Shown here in pieces: positions 9,199-18,816 of a stretch of DNA of 64,000 bases. The notes under the pieces were generated by a model. That model was not told the origin of the DNA and did not search any database. It saw only the letters and a program-made list of their open reading frames with translations. A program made the position numbers and the translations under genes. Source of the stretch: an uncultured delta proteobacterium (GTDB lineage Bacteria > Myxococcota > Myxococcia > SLRQ01); assembly GCA_963727485.1 (NCBI GenBank), contig CAVSGM010000002.1, positions 1,472,001 to 1,536,000 of the forward strand, read 5' to 3'. Every line of letters begins with the position of its first letter. The first letter of the stretch is position 1.

Positions 9199-9921
9199 CT
9201 AGCTGCCGGTGATCCCGGTGACCCCGAGGGCCACGAAGACCGCCTGGGAGTCCACGTCGTAGTGCACGTCCACCTCCGGGAGCAGCCGCAGGCCCCGGCC
9301 GGTGGCGATCTCGGCGCCGACCACGATCCCCGGCTGGAACGAGAGCACCCCCACCGACTCGGTCTGCCCGCCCTGCTTGAGGAACGCCGAGGCCCTCCAG
9401 TTGGTCAGCAGGACCTTGGGCCCGAAGAAGAACAGGTGCCCGCCCTCGAGGGGCAGCCCGAAGAGCAGCGGGAGGTGGACGGTGTAGACGAAGCCCTTGA
9501 GGATCACCTGGTCCTTGGGGATGAGCGGCGAGAGGGCCTCGGCCAGCGGCCACACCAGGCTGGTCTCGATCCCCGGCGCCACCGCCACCTGGAGGTGCGG
9601 GAGGTCGAGGAAGCGGATCTTGAGGTCGGCCCCGACCCCGAGGTCGGCGGCGTGGACGTGGAGGCCCAGGTCCATGAACGAGGTGAGGCCGATGCGCGCC
9701 GAGGCCGAGACGTCGGGCTCCTGGGTGGCCGCGGGCAGCGGGGTGCCGGCGATGGTGCCCCCGAAGTGGAAGAGGTTCGAGGCCGAGGCGCTCACCTCCA
9801 CGTGCCCCGGGGCCACGGTCCGGGGGCTCTGGGCCACCAGGTAGCTGGGGCAGCCCGGGAGCGCGCCCAGGGCGAGGAGGGCGGCGAGGGCGGCGAGGCG
9901 TCGGGCTCCGGGGGCAGCCAT
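9199..9921 (-). CDS. Hypothetical lipoprotein, possibly beta-barrel-like
   Basis: Lipobox LPGC, QSPRTVAPG, alternating hydrophobic strands. Confidence 0.6.
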   Translation of the reverse strand: MAAPGARRLAALAALLALGALPGCPSYLVAQSPRTVAPGHVEVSASASNLFHFGGTIAGTPLPAATQEPDVSASARIGLTSFMDLGLHVHAADLGVGADLKIRFLDLPHLQVAVAPGIETSLVWPLAEALSPLIPKDQVILKGFVYTVHLPLLFGLPLEGGHLFFFGPKVLLTNWRASAFLKQGGQTESVGVLSFQPGIVVGAEIATGRGLRLLPEVDVHYDVDSQAVFVALGVTGITGS

Positions 9922-9993
9922 GGGAGGGATGCTGCCACACCCGGCGGCGCCCCGCACCTTCGCCGGGCCCACTCCGGGTAGAATGGCCGCGCC

Positions 9994-10857
9994 GTGTACG
10001 ACGCCAACGAGGACACCGACCCGGGCATCAGCCTCCACGCCGCCGGTCCCTTCCGCGCGCTCCGGGAGACCACCCGCTTCCTCGGGGCCCACCGGCGGCT
10101 CTTCGTGCCCCTGGGGGTCCTGGCCCTGGTGGCGCTGGGGGTCCACGCCGCCGCCGACCACCTCGACGACTGGGTCTTCCGCCTCCTCGACGCCGCCGAC
10201 CGGGGCACCGAGGCCCTCTACGGCCGCTACGCCGACGCCCTGCTCTCCGAGCCGGCGGCGCGCAAGCTCGCCTTCGACGCCCTGGTCACCCTCGCGGACA
10301 AGGAGCGGTGGGCCAAGTGGATCGCCCTGGGGGTGGAGCTGCTCATCGACCTGCGCCTGTTCATCGGGGTCCTCGGCGCCTTCCCCGAGGACGAGCTCGC
10401 CTACGTGGTCGGGGGCAGCTCGCTGCTCCACCGCCTCGCCGCGGTCTTCGGCCGGCCCCTGGCGCGCCTGAAGATCGTCGCCGGCCACCTCGCCCGGTAC
10501 CTCATGCGCCCCACCGTGGAGAAGCTCTACCTCCCGGTGGCGGTGACCCTCGCCGTCGCCGCCGGCTGCCTGGCCCTGGAGGTCGCCGCGGACAACGCCT
10601 TCTTCGCCCTGGGCCAGCTGCTCCCCGCCACCTGGCACGTCGCGGGCGTCTTCTCCCCCTGGCCGGCGCGCATCGCCGCGGTGGTCGTCGCCTGGCGCCT
10701 GGGGATCCCGGCGATCGCCGGGAGCTTCGCCCGGGGGGAGGCGGTCCTCGCCCGGGACCTCGAGGACGGCGAGCCCCTGCTCCGGCGCACCGTCCGGGGG
10801 TGGTTCGGGGCCCTCATCCTCCTCCCGCTGCTCGCCGCCGGCCTCTTCCTCCACTGA
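9994..10857 (+). CDS. Hypothetical membrane protein
   Basis: Several hydrophobic segments, GC3 bias, TGATG overlap with the downstream gene. Confidence 0.65.
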   Translation: MYDANEDTDPGISLHAAGPFRALRETTRFLGAHRRLFVPLGVLALVALGVHAAADHLDDWVFRLLDAADRGTEALYGRYADALLSEPAARKLAFDALVTLADKERWAKWIALGVELLIDLRLFIGVLGAFPEDELAYVVGGSSLLHRLAAVFGRPLARLKIVAGHLARYLMRPTVEKLYLPVAVTLAVAAGCLALEVAADNAFFALGQLLPATWHVAGVFSPWPARIAAVVVAWRLGIPAIAGSFARGEAVLARDLEDGEPLLRRTVRGWFGALILLPLLAAGLFLH

Positions 10858-11987
10858 TGTTCCACAAGCGACCCAGCGGCCTCCTCGACCTCCTCGCCAC
10901 CGTGGTGGCGGTGGTGGCGGTGTACACCGGGACCCCCCTGGGGGGCCTCGCCGACCGCCTGGTGGACCGGGCCTTCCACCTGGCGCCGCCGACCCGGCCC
11001 CTGCTCGCCTACTTCCACCTCCCGGACCCGAAGCTCGCCGAGGTGAAGCCCGGGGCGGCGCTGGTGAACCTGCCCCTCTCGGCCCCCCGGGCCCAGGACC
11101 GGAGCCTGGCGCGCCTGTCCACCGGCCTCGACCCCGACCTGGTCCGGGCCTTCGCCCAGGTGGCCGCCGGCGGCGTGGTCACCGCCGACACCTCGGGGAC
11201 CCTCTGGTACGACCTGCGCCCGCTCCCCCACCACGACGCCGATCGGGCGGCCCTGGGCCTGGCGAAGGTCGGGGAGACCGTGGGCCCGGACCTCGCCAAG
11301 GGGGTCCGGGCGCGCCTCGCCGACGCCCTGGAGATCCTCACGGCGGCCCGGCGGCAGCTCGGGGGCGACGACGCGGCGCTGGCCGCCTACGCCGTCGGCG
11401 ACCAGGTGGTCTTGCGGGCGGTGGCCCGGGCCCGGGCCCGCCACGCCGCCCACCCGGCGCGCCTCGATGGCTTCCGCCCGTTCCTCCTCCACCTCGCGGC
11501 GGTGCGCGCCGCCCACTTCGTGTCCGCGGTGGAGGACCTGCGCACCGCCTACACCATGCGCTGGCCGGTCCCCGCCACCGTCCCGGTCACCAGCCCCTAC
11601 GGGATGCGCGACCACCCGATCCTCCACGAGGACCTGATGCACGACGGGGTCGACCTCGGCGCCAGCCGGGGCACCCCCATCGACGCCACCGCCTCGGGGA
11701 AGGTGATCTACGCGGGCTTCGACGGCCTCAACGGCAACTACGTGAAGATCGACCACGGCTACGGCCTGGACACCGCCTACTGCCACGCGGAGAAGCTCCT
11801 GGTCCACACCGGCGACCACGTCTCCCGGGGCGAGCCCATCGCCCTGGTGGGGGCCACCGGCCGGGCCACCGGGCCGCATCTCCACTACGCGATCTTCGTC
11901 GGCGGCCGGCCGGTGGATCCCCTGGTGTTCCGGCCCGCGGATCTCACCCTGCGCTACGCCCCCAAGGACACCACCGCCGAGCCCTAA
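10857..11987 (+). CDS. M23 family metallopeptidase
   Basis: HxxxD (HDGVD) and HxH (GRATGPHLHY) motifs; N-terminal membrane anchor. Confidence 0.9.
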   Translation: MFHKRPSGLLDLLATVVAVVAVYTGTPLGGLADRLVDRAFHLAPPTRPLLAYFHLPDPKLAEVKPGAALVNLPLSAPRAQDRSLARLSTGLDPDLVRAFAQVAAGGVVTADTSGTLWYDLRPLPHHDADRAALGLAKVGETVGPDLAKGVRARLADALEILTAARRQLGGDDAALAAYAVGDQVVLRAVARARARHAAHPARLDGFRPFLLHLAAVRAAHFVSAVEDLRTAYTMRWPVPATVPVTSPYGMRDHPILHEDLMHDGVDLGASRGTPIDATASGKVIYAGFDGLNGNYVKIDHGYGLDTAYCHAEKLLVHTGDHVSRGEPIALVGATGRATGPHLHYAIFVGGRPVDPLVFRPADLTLRYAPKDTTAEP

Positions 11988-12040
11988 GCCCGCACGCCGG
12001 GGGTCGCCGGCCCGAGGTCGCCTGCGGCCGCGGGGTCCCT

Positions 12041-12853
12041 ATGATGGATTCGATGGTCTTCTGTCCCCGTTGCGGCCTCCACCTGGGTCGGGCCGCCCGC
12101 TGCCCGGAGTGCGGGGTCCCCGGTGTCGACGACGCCCACCGGGAGGCGGCCGGGGCCGGGCCCTTCGTGGCCGCCGCCACCCTCCTCGACCCCTTCGAGG
12201 GCCGGCACCTCGCCGAGCTCCTCGAGACCCGGCGGATCCCCACCCGGATCCGGCGCCGGTTCCACCGCGGCTGGCACCTCCACCTCCACGGGCCGAGGTG
12301 GGGGGAGCTGCTGGTCCCCGAGGCCCACCTCGCCGAGGCCCGGTCCCTGGTGGCCGCCCTGCGCGCCGACCTCGCCGCCTCGGACGCCCTCGCCGCGCAC
12401 CGGGCCCTCCTGGACCGCCCGGCCGCGGACGTGGAGCCGGTCCGCGGTCCCCTGCGTGCCTACACCGGCGGCGGGCCCCCGGTGGTGAGCCCCTTCGGGC
12501 GCTTCGGCTGGATCGAGGTCGCCGGCGGGCGCCTCGGCCCCGGCGGCCACCTCGAGGGGCGCCTGTCCACCGGGAGCCGGCTGGTGCGCTCGGTGGAGCT
12601 GGCCCTGGTCCCCGAGACCCCGGCGGCGCGCCCGGATCCCGCCGGCGCCCTGGCCCGTCAGCGCCTCGACCTCCCCGAGGCGGCCACCGTGGCCTTCACC
12701 CTCCGGATCCCCGGCGCCGACCCCCGGGCCGGGCACCACGGCTACCGCCTCGAGGCCCGGATCCTCGGCCGCAGCCACGTCCTGGCCACCGGCACCCTCC
12801 ACCTCCGGTGCCGGCCGACCCTCCTCGCCATGCCCGTCACAGGTAGGGCGTGA
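12041..12853 (+). CDS. Hypothetical protein with an N-terminal zinc ribbon
   Basis: CPRCG...CPECG followed by a DUF2007-like segment (LLETRRIP...LLVPE). Confidence 0.55.
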   Translation: MMDSMVFCPRCGLHLGRAARCPECGVPGVDDAHREAAGAGPFVAAATLLDPFEGRHLAELLETRRIPTRIRRRFHRGWHLHLHGPRWGELLVPEAHLAEARSLVAALRADLAASDALAAHRALLDRPAADVEPVRGPLRAYTGGGPPVVSPFGRFGWIEVAGGRLGPGGHLEGRLSTGSRLVRSVELALVPETPAARPDPAGALARQRLDLPEAATVAFTLRIPGADPRAGHHGYRLEARILGRSHVLATGTLHLRCRPTLLAMPVTGRA

Positions 12854-14276
12854 ACAGCCGCGCCACCCCGTCCCGGAGGCGCACCGGGAGGGGGCGGCCG
12901 TCGACCTCGGCGAGGGTCAGGGATCGGGCGGAGGCGATGCGCCCGGCGATGTAGTCGTCGAGGCGGCCGGCGACCTCGGGGTCGTAGCACTCGACGTTGA
13001 GCTCGAAGTTGAGGCGCAGGCTCCTGGGGTCCCAGTTCCCCGAGCCCATCAGGGTCCAGGTGCGGTCGACCACCAGGAGCTTGGAGTGGTCGAAGGGCGG
13101 CGGGGTCAGGTGCACCCGGCACCCGTGCTCCAGGACCTGCCAGAGCTGGGCGGTGGCGGCCCACTGGACCAGCGGCAGGTTGCCCTTGGCCGGGAGCACC
13201 AGATCCACCTCCACCCCCCGGAGGGCGGCCACGTTCAGGGAGGTGACCAGCGCCGGGTCCGGGAGGAAGTAGGGGGTCATCACCTTCACCGAGTGGCGGG
13301 CGCAGGCCAGCGCCCCGAGGATCGCCCAGCGCAGCTTCTCGAAGTCCTCGTCGGGGCCGTCGGCGATCCCCCGGGCCAGGGTGTGGCCCGCCGGGGCCAG
13401 CTTTGGGAAGAAGGCCTCGCCCTCGAGGCGCTCGCCGGTGGTGAAGGCCCAGTCCTCGGCGAAGACCTCCTGGAGGTGGGCGACCACCGGCCCCTCGACC
13501 CGGAAGTGGAGGTCCTGCACCGGGTGCTTCGGGTGCTCGGAGAGGGCGTGGCCCACCCGGAGGTTCATGCCCCCGGTGAACCCCAGCCTCCCGTCGGCGA
13601 CCAGGATCTTCCGGTGGTTGCGCAGGTTCATGTAGGGGATGCGCCAGGGCACCCGCGCCGGGAGGAAGCGCGCCACCTTCACCCCCCGCCGGCGCAGCAC
13701 CCGGTACATGGTGGGCAGCGAGTAGCGCAGGCCCACCGCGTCGGCGAGGACCCGCACCTCGACGCCCCGCCGGGCCGCCCGCTCCAAGGCGTCGGCGAAG
13801 CGCACGCCCACCGCGTCGTTGTCGAAGATGTAGGTGCACAGGGTGAGGCTCTTCTCGGCGCCGTCGATGGCCTCGAGCATCTGGGGGTAGGCGGCGTCGC
13901 CCCCGACCAGCAGGGCCACCCGGTTGCCCTCGGTCAGTGGCCGCCGGACCATCTGGTTCATCAGCTGGGCCAGGTGGTTCAGGTGGTGGCCCGCCGGCGA
14001 CAGGGCCCGGACCAGGGCCGGCTCGGGGAGGGCGTGGGGCGTTGGCGGCGCCGGGAGGGCGCGCTGGAGGGCGGCGGCCCGGCGCTTGATGCGGTTGACC
14101 CCGAGGAGCAGGTAGAGCACCGAGCCCACGAAGGGCACCAGCCAGATGAGGCCCACCCAGGCCACCGCGGCCCGGACGTCGCGCTTCTGGAGCACCGCGT
14201 GACCCGAGGCCAGCAGGGTCACCGCCAGGGTGAGGGCCGCGGCCAGGTTGGGCCAGATTGCCTCGAGGTGGCTCAC
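12837..14276 (-). CDS. cls: Cardiolipin synthase
   Basis: PLDc N-terminal TM hairpin, two HKD motifs (RNHRKILVAD, DHSKLLVVD), RSLRLNFE. Confidence 0.92.
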   Translation of the reverse strand: MSHLEAIWPNLAAALTLAVTLLASGHAVLQKRDVRAAVAWVGLIWLVPFVGSVLYLLLGVNRIKRRAAALQRALPAPPTPHALPEPALVRALSPAGHHLNHLAQLMNQMVRRPLTEGNRVALLVGGDAAYPQMLEAIDGAEKSLTLCTYIFDNDAVGVRFADALERAARRGVEVRVLADAVGLRYSLPTMYRVLRRRGVKVARFLPARVPWRIPYMNLRNHRKILVADGRLGFTGGMNLRVGHALSEHPKHPVQDLHFRVEGPVVAHLQEVFAEDWAFTTGERLEGEAFFPKLAPAGHTLARGIADGPDEDFEKLRWAILGALACARHSVKVMTPYFLPDPALVTSLNVAALRGVEVDLVLPAKGNLPLVQWAATAQLWQVLEHGCRVHLTPPPFDHSKLLVVDRTWTLMGSGNWDPRSLRLNFELNVECYDPEVAGRLDDYIAGRIASARSLTLAEVDGRPLPVRLRDGVARLFTPYL

Positions 14277-14410
14277 GGGAGTGCGAGGATGCCGGGGGGC
14301 TTCGGAGCGGTCAAGGAAGGTGCGGCCGGCGTCGGGTTTCGGGCGTGGGTGCGCCGGGTCGCCTATCATGGGCGCAGGTCCCCGCCCGGCTCCCGCAAGG
14401 AAGGCCCGCC

Positions 14411-15346
14411 ATGCTCCGTCGCTTCGCCCCGCTCCTCGTCCTCGTCCTCCTCGCCGCCGCCGGCCCCGCCGCGGCCCAGGGGCAGCCCCCCAACCTGGTG
14501 GAGCTGTCCACCGGCAGCACCGGGAGCGCCACCGCCCAGTACGTGGCCCTCCGGGCGACGGACCGCAGCCAGCTCGACGGGGCCCGGCTCACCGTGGAGG
14601 ACAGCCAGGGCAACCCCCTCGCCGACTTCGCCGACTTCACCAGCCCGGGCCCGGTCGACTCCAGCGGCTACGTGCTGGTGGCCTCCGCCGACGCGGTGAC
14701 CGTGTACGGGATCAACCCCCTGGTCCTCGCGGACCACGCCAGCCTCCCCGCCGCCGGCGGGCGCCTCTGCCTCTCGGTGGCGACCGCCAACCTGGGGGCG
14801 GACGGGGGCACCGGTGCCGACGCGGGCGTGGACGCGGGCGTGGACGCGGGCACCGGTGCCGACGCGGGCGTCGACGGCGGCGTCGACGGTGGCACGGTCC
14901 CGATGACGGACGTGGACTGCGTCGCCTGGGGCCAGTACACGGGGAGCAACGGCAGCTGGGGGTCGCCGGTCGTCGCCGGCGGCGTGCGGGGGACGGCCCT
15001 CCTCCGCATCGCCTTCACCGGCACCAACGTCAGCGACTGGCAGAACACCACCCCCAACCCCGCCCTCTACCAGCCCATCGGACCCGTCGACGGCGGGGTG
15101 GGCGACGGGGGCGCGGCCGACGCCGGGGCCGGGGACGGAGGGGTCGCCGACGCCGGCGGAGGGATCGGCACCCAACCCGGGCCGGTCCCCGGCGGCGACG
15201 GCAAGGTGCCCCTCGGCACCAGCGGCTGCAGCGCCACCGCCACCGGCTCCGGGGGGATGCTGGCCCTGGGGCTCCTCCTCGCGGGGCTGGGCCTGGTCGC
15301 CCTCCGGCGTCGCCGGGCCGTTGACCCGCCGGAGGGGCGGCGCTAG
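14411..15346 (+). CDS. Secreted surface protein with a MYXO-CTERM-like sorting tail
   Basis: Signal peptide, DAG/DGG repeats, C-terminal SGCS...hydrophobic helix...RRRR. Confidence 0.72.
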   Translation: MLRRFAPLLVLVLLAAAGPAAAQGQPPNLVELSTGSTGSATAQYVALRATDRSQLDGARLTVEDSQGNPLADFADFTSPGPVDSSGYVLVASADAVTVYGINPLVLADHASLPAAGGRLCLSVATANLGADGGTGADAGVDAGVDAGTGADAGVDGGVDGGTVPMTDVDCVAWGQYTGSNGSWGSPVVAGGVRGTALLRIAFTGTNVSDWQNTTPNPALYQPIGPVDGGVGDGGAADAGAGDGGVADAGGGIGTQPGPVPGGDGKVPLGTSGCSATATGSGGMLALGLLLAGLGLVALRRRRAVDPPEGRR

Positions 15347-15358
15347 GTTGCGCGCGCC

Positions 15359-15601
15359 ATGCGCGCCACCGTCTACGTGAGCCTCAAGCCCGGCGTCCTC
15401 GATCCCCAGGGCAAGGCCGTCCACCGCTCGCTGGCCACCCTCGGCTTCGAGGAGGTCAGCGGGGTGCGCATCGGCCGCGCCATCACCCTGGAGCTCGAGG
15501 GCACCGACCGCGAGCAGGCCCAGGCCCAGCTCGAGCAGATGTGCCAGAAGCTCCTCGCCAACCCGGTGATCGAGGACTACCGCATCGAGCTCGAGGGCTA
15601 G
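15359..15601 (+). CDS. purS: Phosphoribosylformylglycinamidine synthase subunit PurS
   Basis: [20 protein letters not shown]. Confidence 0.96.
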   Translation: MRATVYVSLKPGVLDPQGKAVHRSLATLGFEEVSGVRIGRAITLELEGTDREQAQAQLEQMCQKLLANPVIEDYRIELEG

Positions 15602-15605
15602 GGCC

Positions 15606-16277
15606 ATGGCGCGCGCGCCCGTCTTCGGCATCGTCGTCTTCCCCGGCTCCAACTGCGACCGGGACGTCCGCCACGTGGTGGAGTCGGTGGCGGGCGCCCG
15701 GAGCCGCTTCCTCTGGCACAAGGACACGGACCTCGGGGACGTGGACCTGGTGGTGCTCCCCGGCGGCTTCTCCTACGGCGACTACCTGCGCGCCGGCGCC
15801 ATCGCCCACCTCTCGCCGATCATGGCCGAGGTGAGGCGCTTCGCCGAAGCCGGCCGCCCGGTCCTCGGCATCTGCAACGGCTTCCAGGTGCTCTGCGAGT
15901 CGGGGATGCTCCCCGGCGCGCTCCTGCGCAACGCCTCGATGCACTTCGTCTGCCAGGACGCCACCTGCACCGTGGAGACCGGCCGCACCCCGTTCACCGC
16001 CGGCCTCGAGGGCGAGTCGATCCTCATGCCCGTGGCCCACGGCGACGGAAACTACTTCCTCGGCGCCGAGGACCTCGACCGCCTCGAGGGCCAGGGCCAG
16101 GTGGTCTTCCGCTACCGGGACAACCCCAACGGCTCGGTGAACGACATCGCCGGGGTGTGCAACGCCGCGGGGAACGTGGTGGGGCTGATGCCGCACCCGG
16201 AGCGCAGCGCCGAGCAGGTCCTGGGCACCGACGCCGGCAAGCGGATCTTCGAGGCGGCGATCGCGTCGGTGGCGTAG
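15606..16277 (+). CDS. purQ: Phosphoribosylformylglycinamidine synthase subunit PurQ
   Basis: [31 protein letters not shown]. Confidence 0.97.
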   Translation: MARAPVFGIVVFPGSNCDRDVRHVVESVAGARSRFLWHKDTDLGDVDLVVLPGGFSYGDYLRAGAIAHLSPIMAEVRRFAEAGRPVLGICNGFQVLCESGMLPGALLRNASMHFVCQDATCTVETGRTPFTAGLEGESILMPVAHGDGNYFLGAEDLDRLEGQGQVVFRYRDNPNGSVNDIAGVCNAAGNVVGLMPHPERSAEQVLGTDAGKRIFEAAIASVA

Positions 16278-16279
16278 AG

Positions 16280-16471
16280 GTGACTGTGGAGCAGACGCAG
16301 ACCGAGGTTCTCCGGCGCATGACGCCGGGCCAACGCCTCGAGGCGGCGGTGCGCCTCTACTGGTCGGCGCGGGAGCTCAAGGCCGCGATGGTGCGATCCC
16401 AGCACCCCGAGTGGACCGAGGCCCAGGTCGCCGAGGCGGTGAAGAGGGCGTTCATGTATGCCCGCACCTGA
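16280..16471 (+). CDS. Small helical putative antitoxin (Rv0078B/MenA1-like)
   Basis: VTVEQTQTEVLRRMTPGQRL...VRSQHPEWTEAQV; overlaps the start of the NTase gene. Confidence 0.65.
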   Translation: MTVEQTQTEVLRRMTPGQRLEAAVRLYWSARELKAAMVRSQHPEWTEAQVAEAVKRAFMYART

Positions 16472-17027
16472 CCTCAACGTCTTCCTGCTCTTCACCGAAC
16501 CGCTCGAGCGCCTGGGGGTCGACTACGTGGTCACCGGGAGCGTGGCGGCGATGCTCTACGGCGAGCCGCGCCTCACCCATGACGTCGATCTCATCCTCGA
16601 GCTCGCTCGCGACTTCCCGCCGGAATCGCTGGAGGCGGCGTTCCCGCCCGAGGCCTTCTACTGCCCCCCGGCCGAGGTGATCGAGGTCGAGCGGGCGCGG
16701 CCGCGGCGCGGCCACTTCAACCTCATCCACCACGAGACGGGGTTCAAGGCCGACGTGTACCTCTCGGGTGAGGACCTGCTGAACCGCTGGGCCCTGGCCT
16801 CGAGCCGGCGTCTCGAGGTCGGCGGGAAGACGATCCGCGTGGCCTCGCCGGAGTACGTGATCGTCCGCAAGCTGCAGTTCTTCGCCGAGGGTGGCTCGGC
16901 GAAGCACGAGACCGACATCGCGGCGATGCTGCGCCTCACGCCGGTGGACGAGGCGGTGATCGCGGAGCGCGCCGCCGAGCTCGGGCTGCTGGAGCTCTGG
17001 CAGCGGATCCGCGACGCGGCTCGCTGA
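16458..17027 (+). CDS. Pol-beta-fold nucleotidyltransferase, putative toxin
   Basis: GSVAAMLYGEPRLTHDVD (GS...DxD), KADVY, IVRKL, KHETD. Confidence 0.8.
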   Translation: MPAPDLNVFLLFTEPLERLGVDYVVTGSVAAMLYGEPRLTHDVDLILELARDFPPESLEAAFPPEAFYCPPAEVIEVERARPRRGHFNLIHHETGFKADVYLSGEDLLNRWALASSRRLEVGGKTIRVASPEYVIVRKLQFFAEGGSAKHETDIAAMLRLTPVDEAVIAERAAELGLLELWQRIRDAAR

Positions 17028-17055
17028 GGGCAGGCCGGGGACCCGGTGGCGTCAG

Positions 17056-17400
17056 ATGTATTTTCTAGGGGCTCTCCTGAGCCACCGCCATGAGGACCCC
17101 GCGCACCCTCGGCTCGCGGGCCCCCTGGCACCGTGGCTCGGACGCCAGTACGGCGAGGCGACGGTGGCCCAGGCGAAGGCGGCCCTCGCGGCGGCGCTGG
17201 TCGGAACGCCGACGCCATCCCCCATCTCGAGCGCGCCCTGGCCCTCCAGCTCCCATCCTCGGGCGCGATGGTGCCGAGCTGCCTCGTCGACCTGGCCGAC
17301 GCCCGCTGGAAGACCGGCGACGACGCGGGCGCCGCCGACGCCTGGCGCCGCCGACGCCTGGCGCGCCCGGCACCCGCACTGGAAGCCGGACGTCGTGTCG
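17056..17400 (+). pseudogene. Possible degenerate TPR-like gene fragment
   Basis: DAIPHLERALAL...LADARWKTGDDAGAADAWRR resembles a TPR repeat but is out of frame with the upstream ATG. Confidence 0.25.
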
Positions 17401-17402
17401 CC

Positions 17403-17948
17403 CTAGCCGTTCTCCGGCGCCCTGAACTTCTCGTTGTACATCTGGATCCCCGCGCGCAGGATCCGCTGCGCCTCCACCGGCCCCTGGAAGTCCTCGACCA
17501 CGACCTCCTTGTTCTCCAGGACCTTGTAGTCCCGGAAGAAGCGCTGGATCTCCACCAGCACGTGGCGGGGGAGCTGGGTGTGGTGGGTGTACTCGGCGTA
17601 GGCCGGGTCCTCGAGGCTCACCGCCAGGATCTTGTCGTCGATGCCCTTCTCGTCGCGCATCCGGAAGGCGCCGATGGGCCTCGCCTCGACGATGGTCAGC
17701 GGGTAGACCGGCTCCTGGCCCAGGACCAGGATGTCCAGCGGGTCGCCGTCGTCGCAGTAGGTCTGGGGGATGAAGCCGTAGTCGGCCGGGTAGTGGACCG
17801 CGCTGTAGAGGGTCCGGTCCAGGCGCAGCATGCCCGTGGACTTGTCGAGCTCGTACTTGTTCTTCGAGCCCTTGGGGACCTCGATGACGGCGGGGACCCG
17901 CTCCATGGCGAGGTCGGGGTCCAGGGGAATGTCGTGCCAGGGATGCAT
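17403..17948 (-). CDS. ppa: Inorganic pyrophosphatase (family I)
   Basis: EVPKGSKNKYE, YGFIPQT, DGDPLD, DDK. Confidence 0.96.
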   Translation of the reverse strand: MHPWHDIPLDPDLAMERVPAVIEVPKGSKNKYELDKSTGMLRLDRTLYSAVHYPADYGFIPQTYCDDGDPLDILVLGQEPVYPLTIVEARPIGAFRMRDEKGIDDKILAVSLEDPAYAEYTHHTQLPRHVLVEIQRFFRDYKVLENKEVVVEDFQGPVEAQRILRAGIQMYNEKFRAPENG

Positions 17949-18071
17949 GGGCGCCTATATAGGCCGGGCCGCGGCCCGGGCGTAGCTTTTTTCCCGAACG
18001 GTTCGTCGGCGCCGGGGGCGCGGGGGCCGCGGGGTCGACGCCCGGCGGCGCCTCGTGGCACCCTGGGCCCC

Positions 18072-18740
18072 ATGGGACGGGGGATCACGGCGATGCTGGC
18101 GGCGGCGCTCGTCCTCGCCGGCTGCCCCGCCTTCTGCCCCAAGGGTGCCACCGAGCACGGCGCCGCGCCGCCCAAGGGCCAGGCGCGCTTCTGCACCGCG
18201 CCCGGACCCGGGGGCCAGCCGGTGAAGGTGGGCCCGCGCAAGGTGTGGTGGGACAACGGCAGGCTCAAGCTCGAGGAGCACTACCGCGCCGGCAAGCTCG
18301 ACGGGGTGCAGACCGTGTTCCACGAGAACGGCCGGCGCTTCACCGAGAGCCACTTCCGGGGCGGGGCGCAGAGCGGACCGTTCACCCAGTGGACCGAGCG
18401 GGGCCAGCTCTTGCGCCAGGGCGCCTACGCCAAGGGCAAGCGCACCGGGCACTGGACCACCTTCCACCTCGACGGCACCAAGGCCCAAGAGGGCGACTAC
18501 CGCGACGACCTCAAGGACGGCCGCTGGGTGGTCTACCGGGACGACGGGGTGCCCCTGGAGGCGATGATCTACCGGCGGGGCGTGCTCGAGGGGCCGTATG
18601 TGGTCTGGTACCGCAACGGCTCCAAGCAAGAGCAGGGCACCTACCACCGGGGCGTGAAGGACGGGGTGACGCAGACCTGGGATCGGCTGGGCAAGCCCAC
18701 CGGGAAGGTCACCTGGCGTCACGGGCACCGGGTGCGCTGA
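18072..18740 (+). CDS. MORN-variant repeat (YwqK-like) lipoprotein
   Basis: Lipobox LAGC and repeated Y/FxxGxxxGxxxxW/Y/FxxxG units. Confidence 0.8.
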   Translation: MGRGITAMLAAALVLAGCPAFCPKGATEHGAAPPKGQARFCTAPGPGGQPVKVGPRKVWWDNGRLKLEEHYRAGKLDGVQTVFHENGRRFTESHFRGGAQSGPFTQWTERGQLLRQGAYAKGKRTGHWTTFHLDGTKAQEGDYRDDLKDGRWVVYRDDGVPLEAMIYRRGVLEGPYVVWYRNGSKQEQGTYHRGVKDGVTQTWDRLGKPTGKVTWRHGHRVR

Positions 18741-18799
18741 GGCGCCTCGGCCTTCGGCTCCCGAGTCCTCGACGCTCGACACCGGCCGCGGCGGAAGAT

Positions 18800-18816
18800 A
18801 TATCGGATCACGATAT
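18800..18816. promoter_or_regulatory. Palindromic operator ATATCG-N5-CGATAT overlapping the ClC start codon
   Basis: Perfect 6-bp inverted repeat in a rare AT-rich patch ahead of an operon ending in a MarR gene. Confidence 0.6.

Noticed and set aside
14800..15170. Repeated gacgcgggc/gacggcggc units as a CRISPR or DNA repeat element
   Set aside because: They encode the DAG/DGG low-complexity linker of a protein; no constant repeat with unique spacers and no cas genes
18072..18740. YwqK-like protein as the antitoxin of a TA system
   Set aside because: It is a MORN-repeat lipoprotein with no adjacent toxin gene
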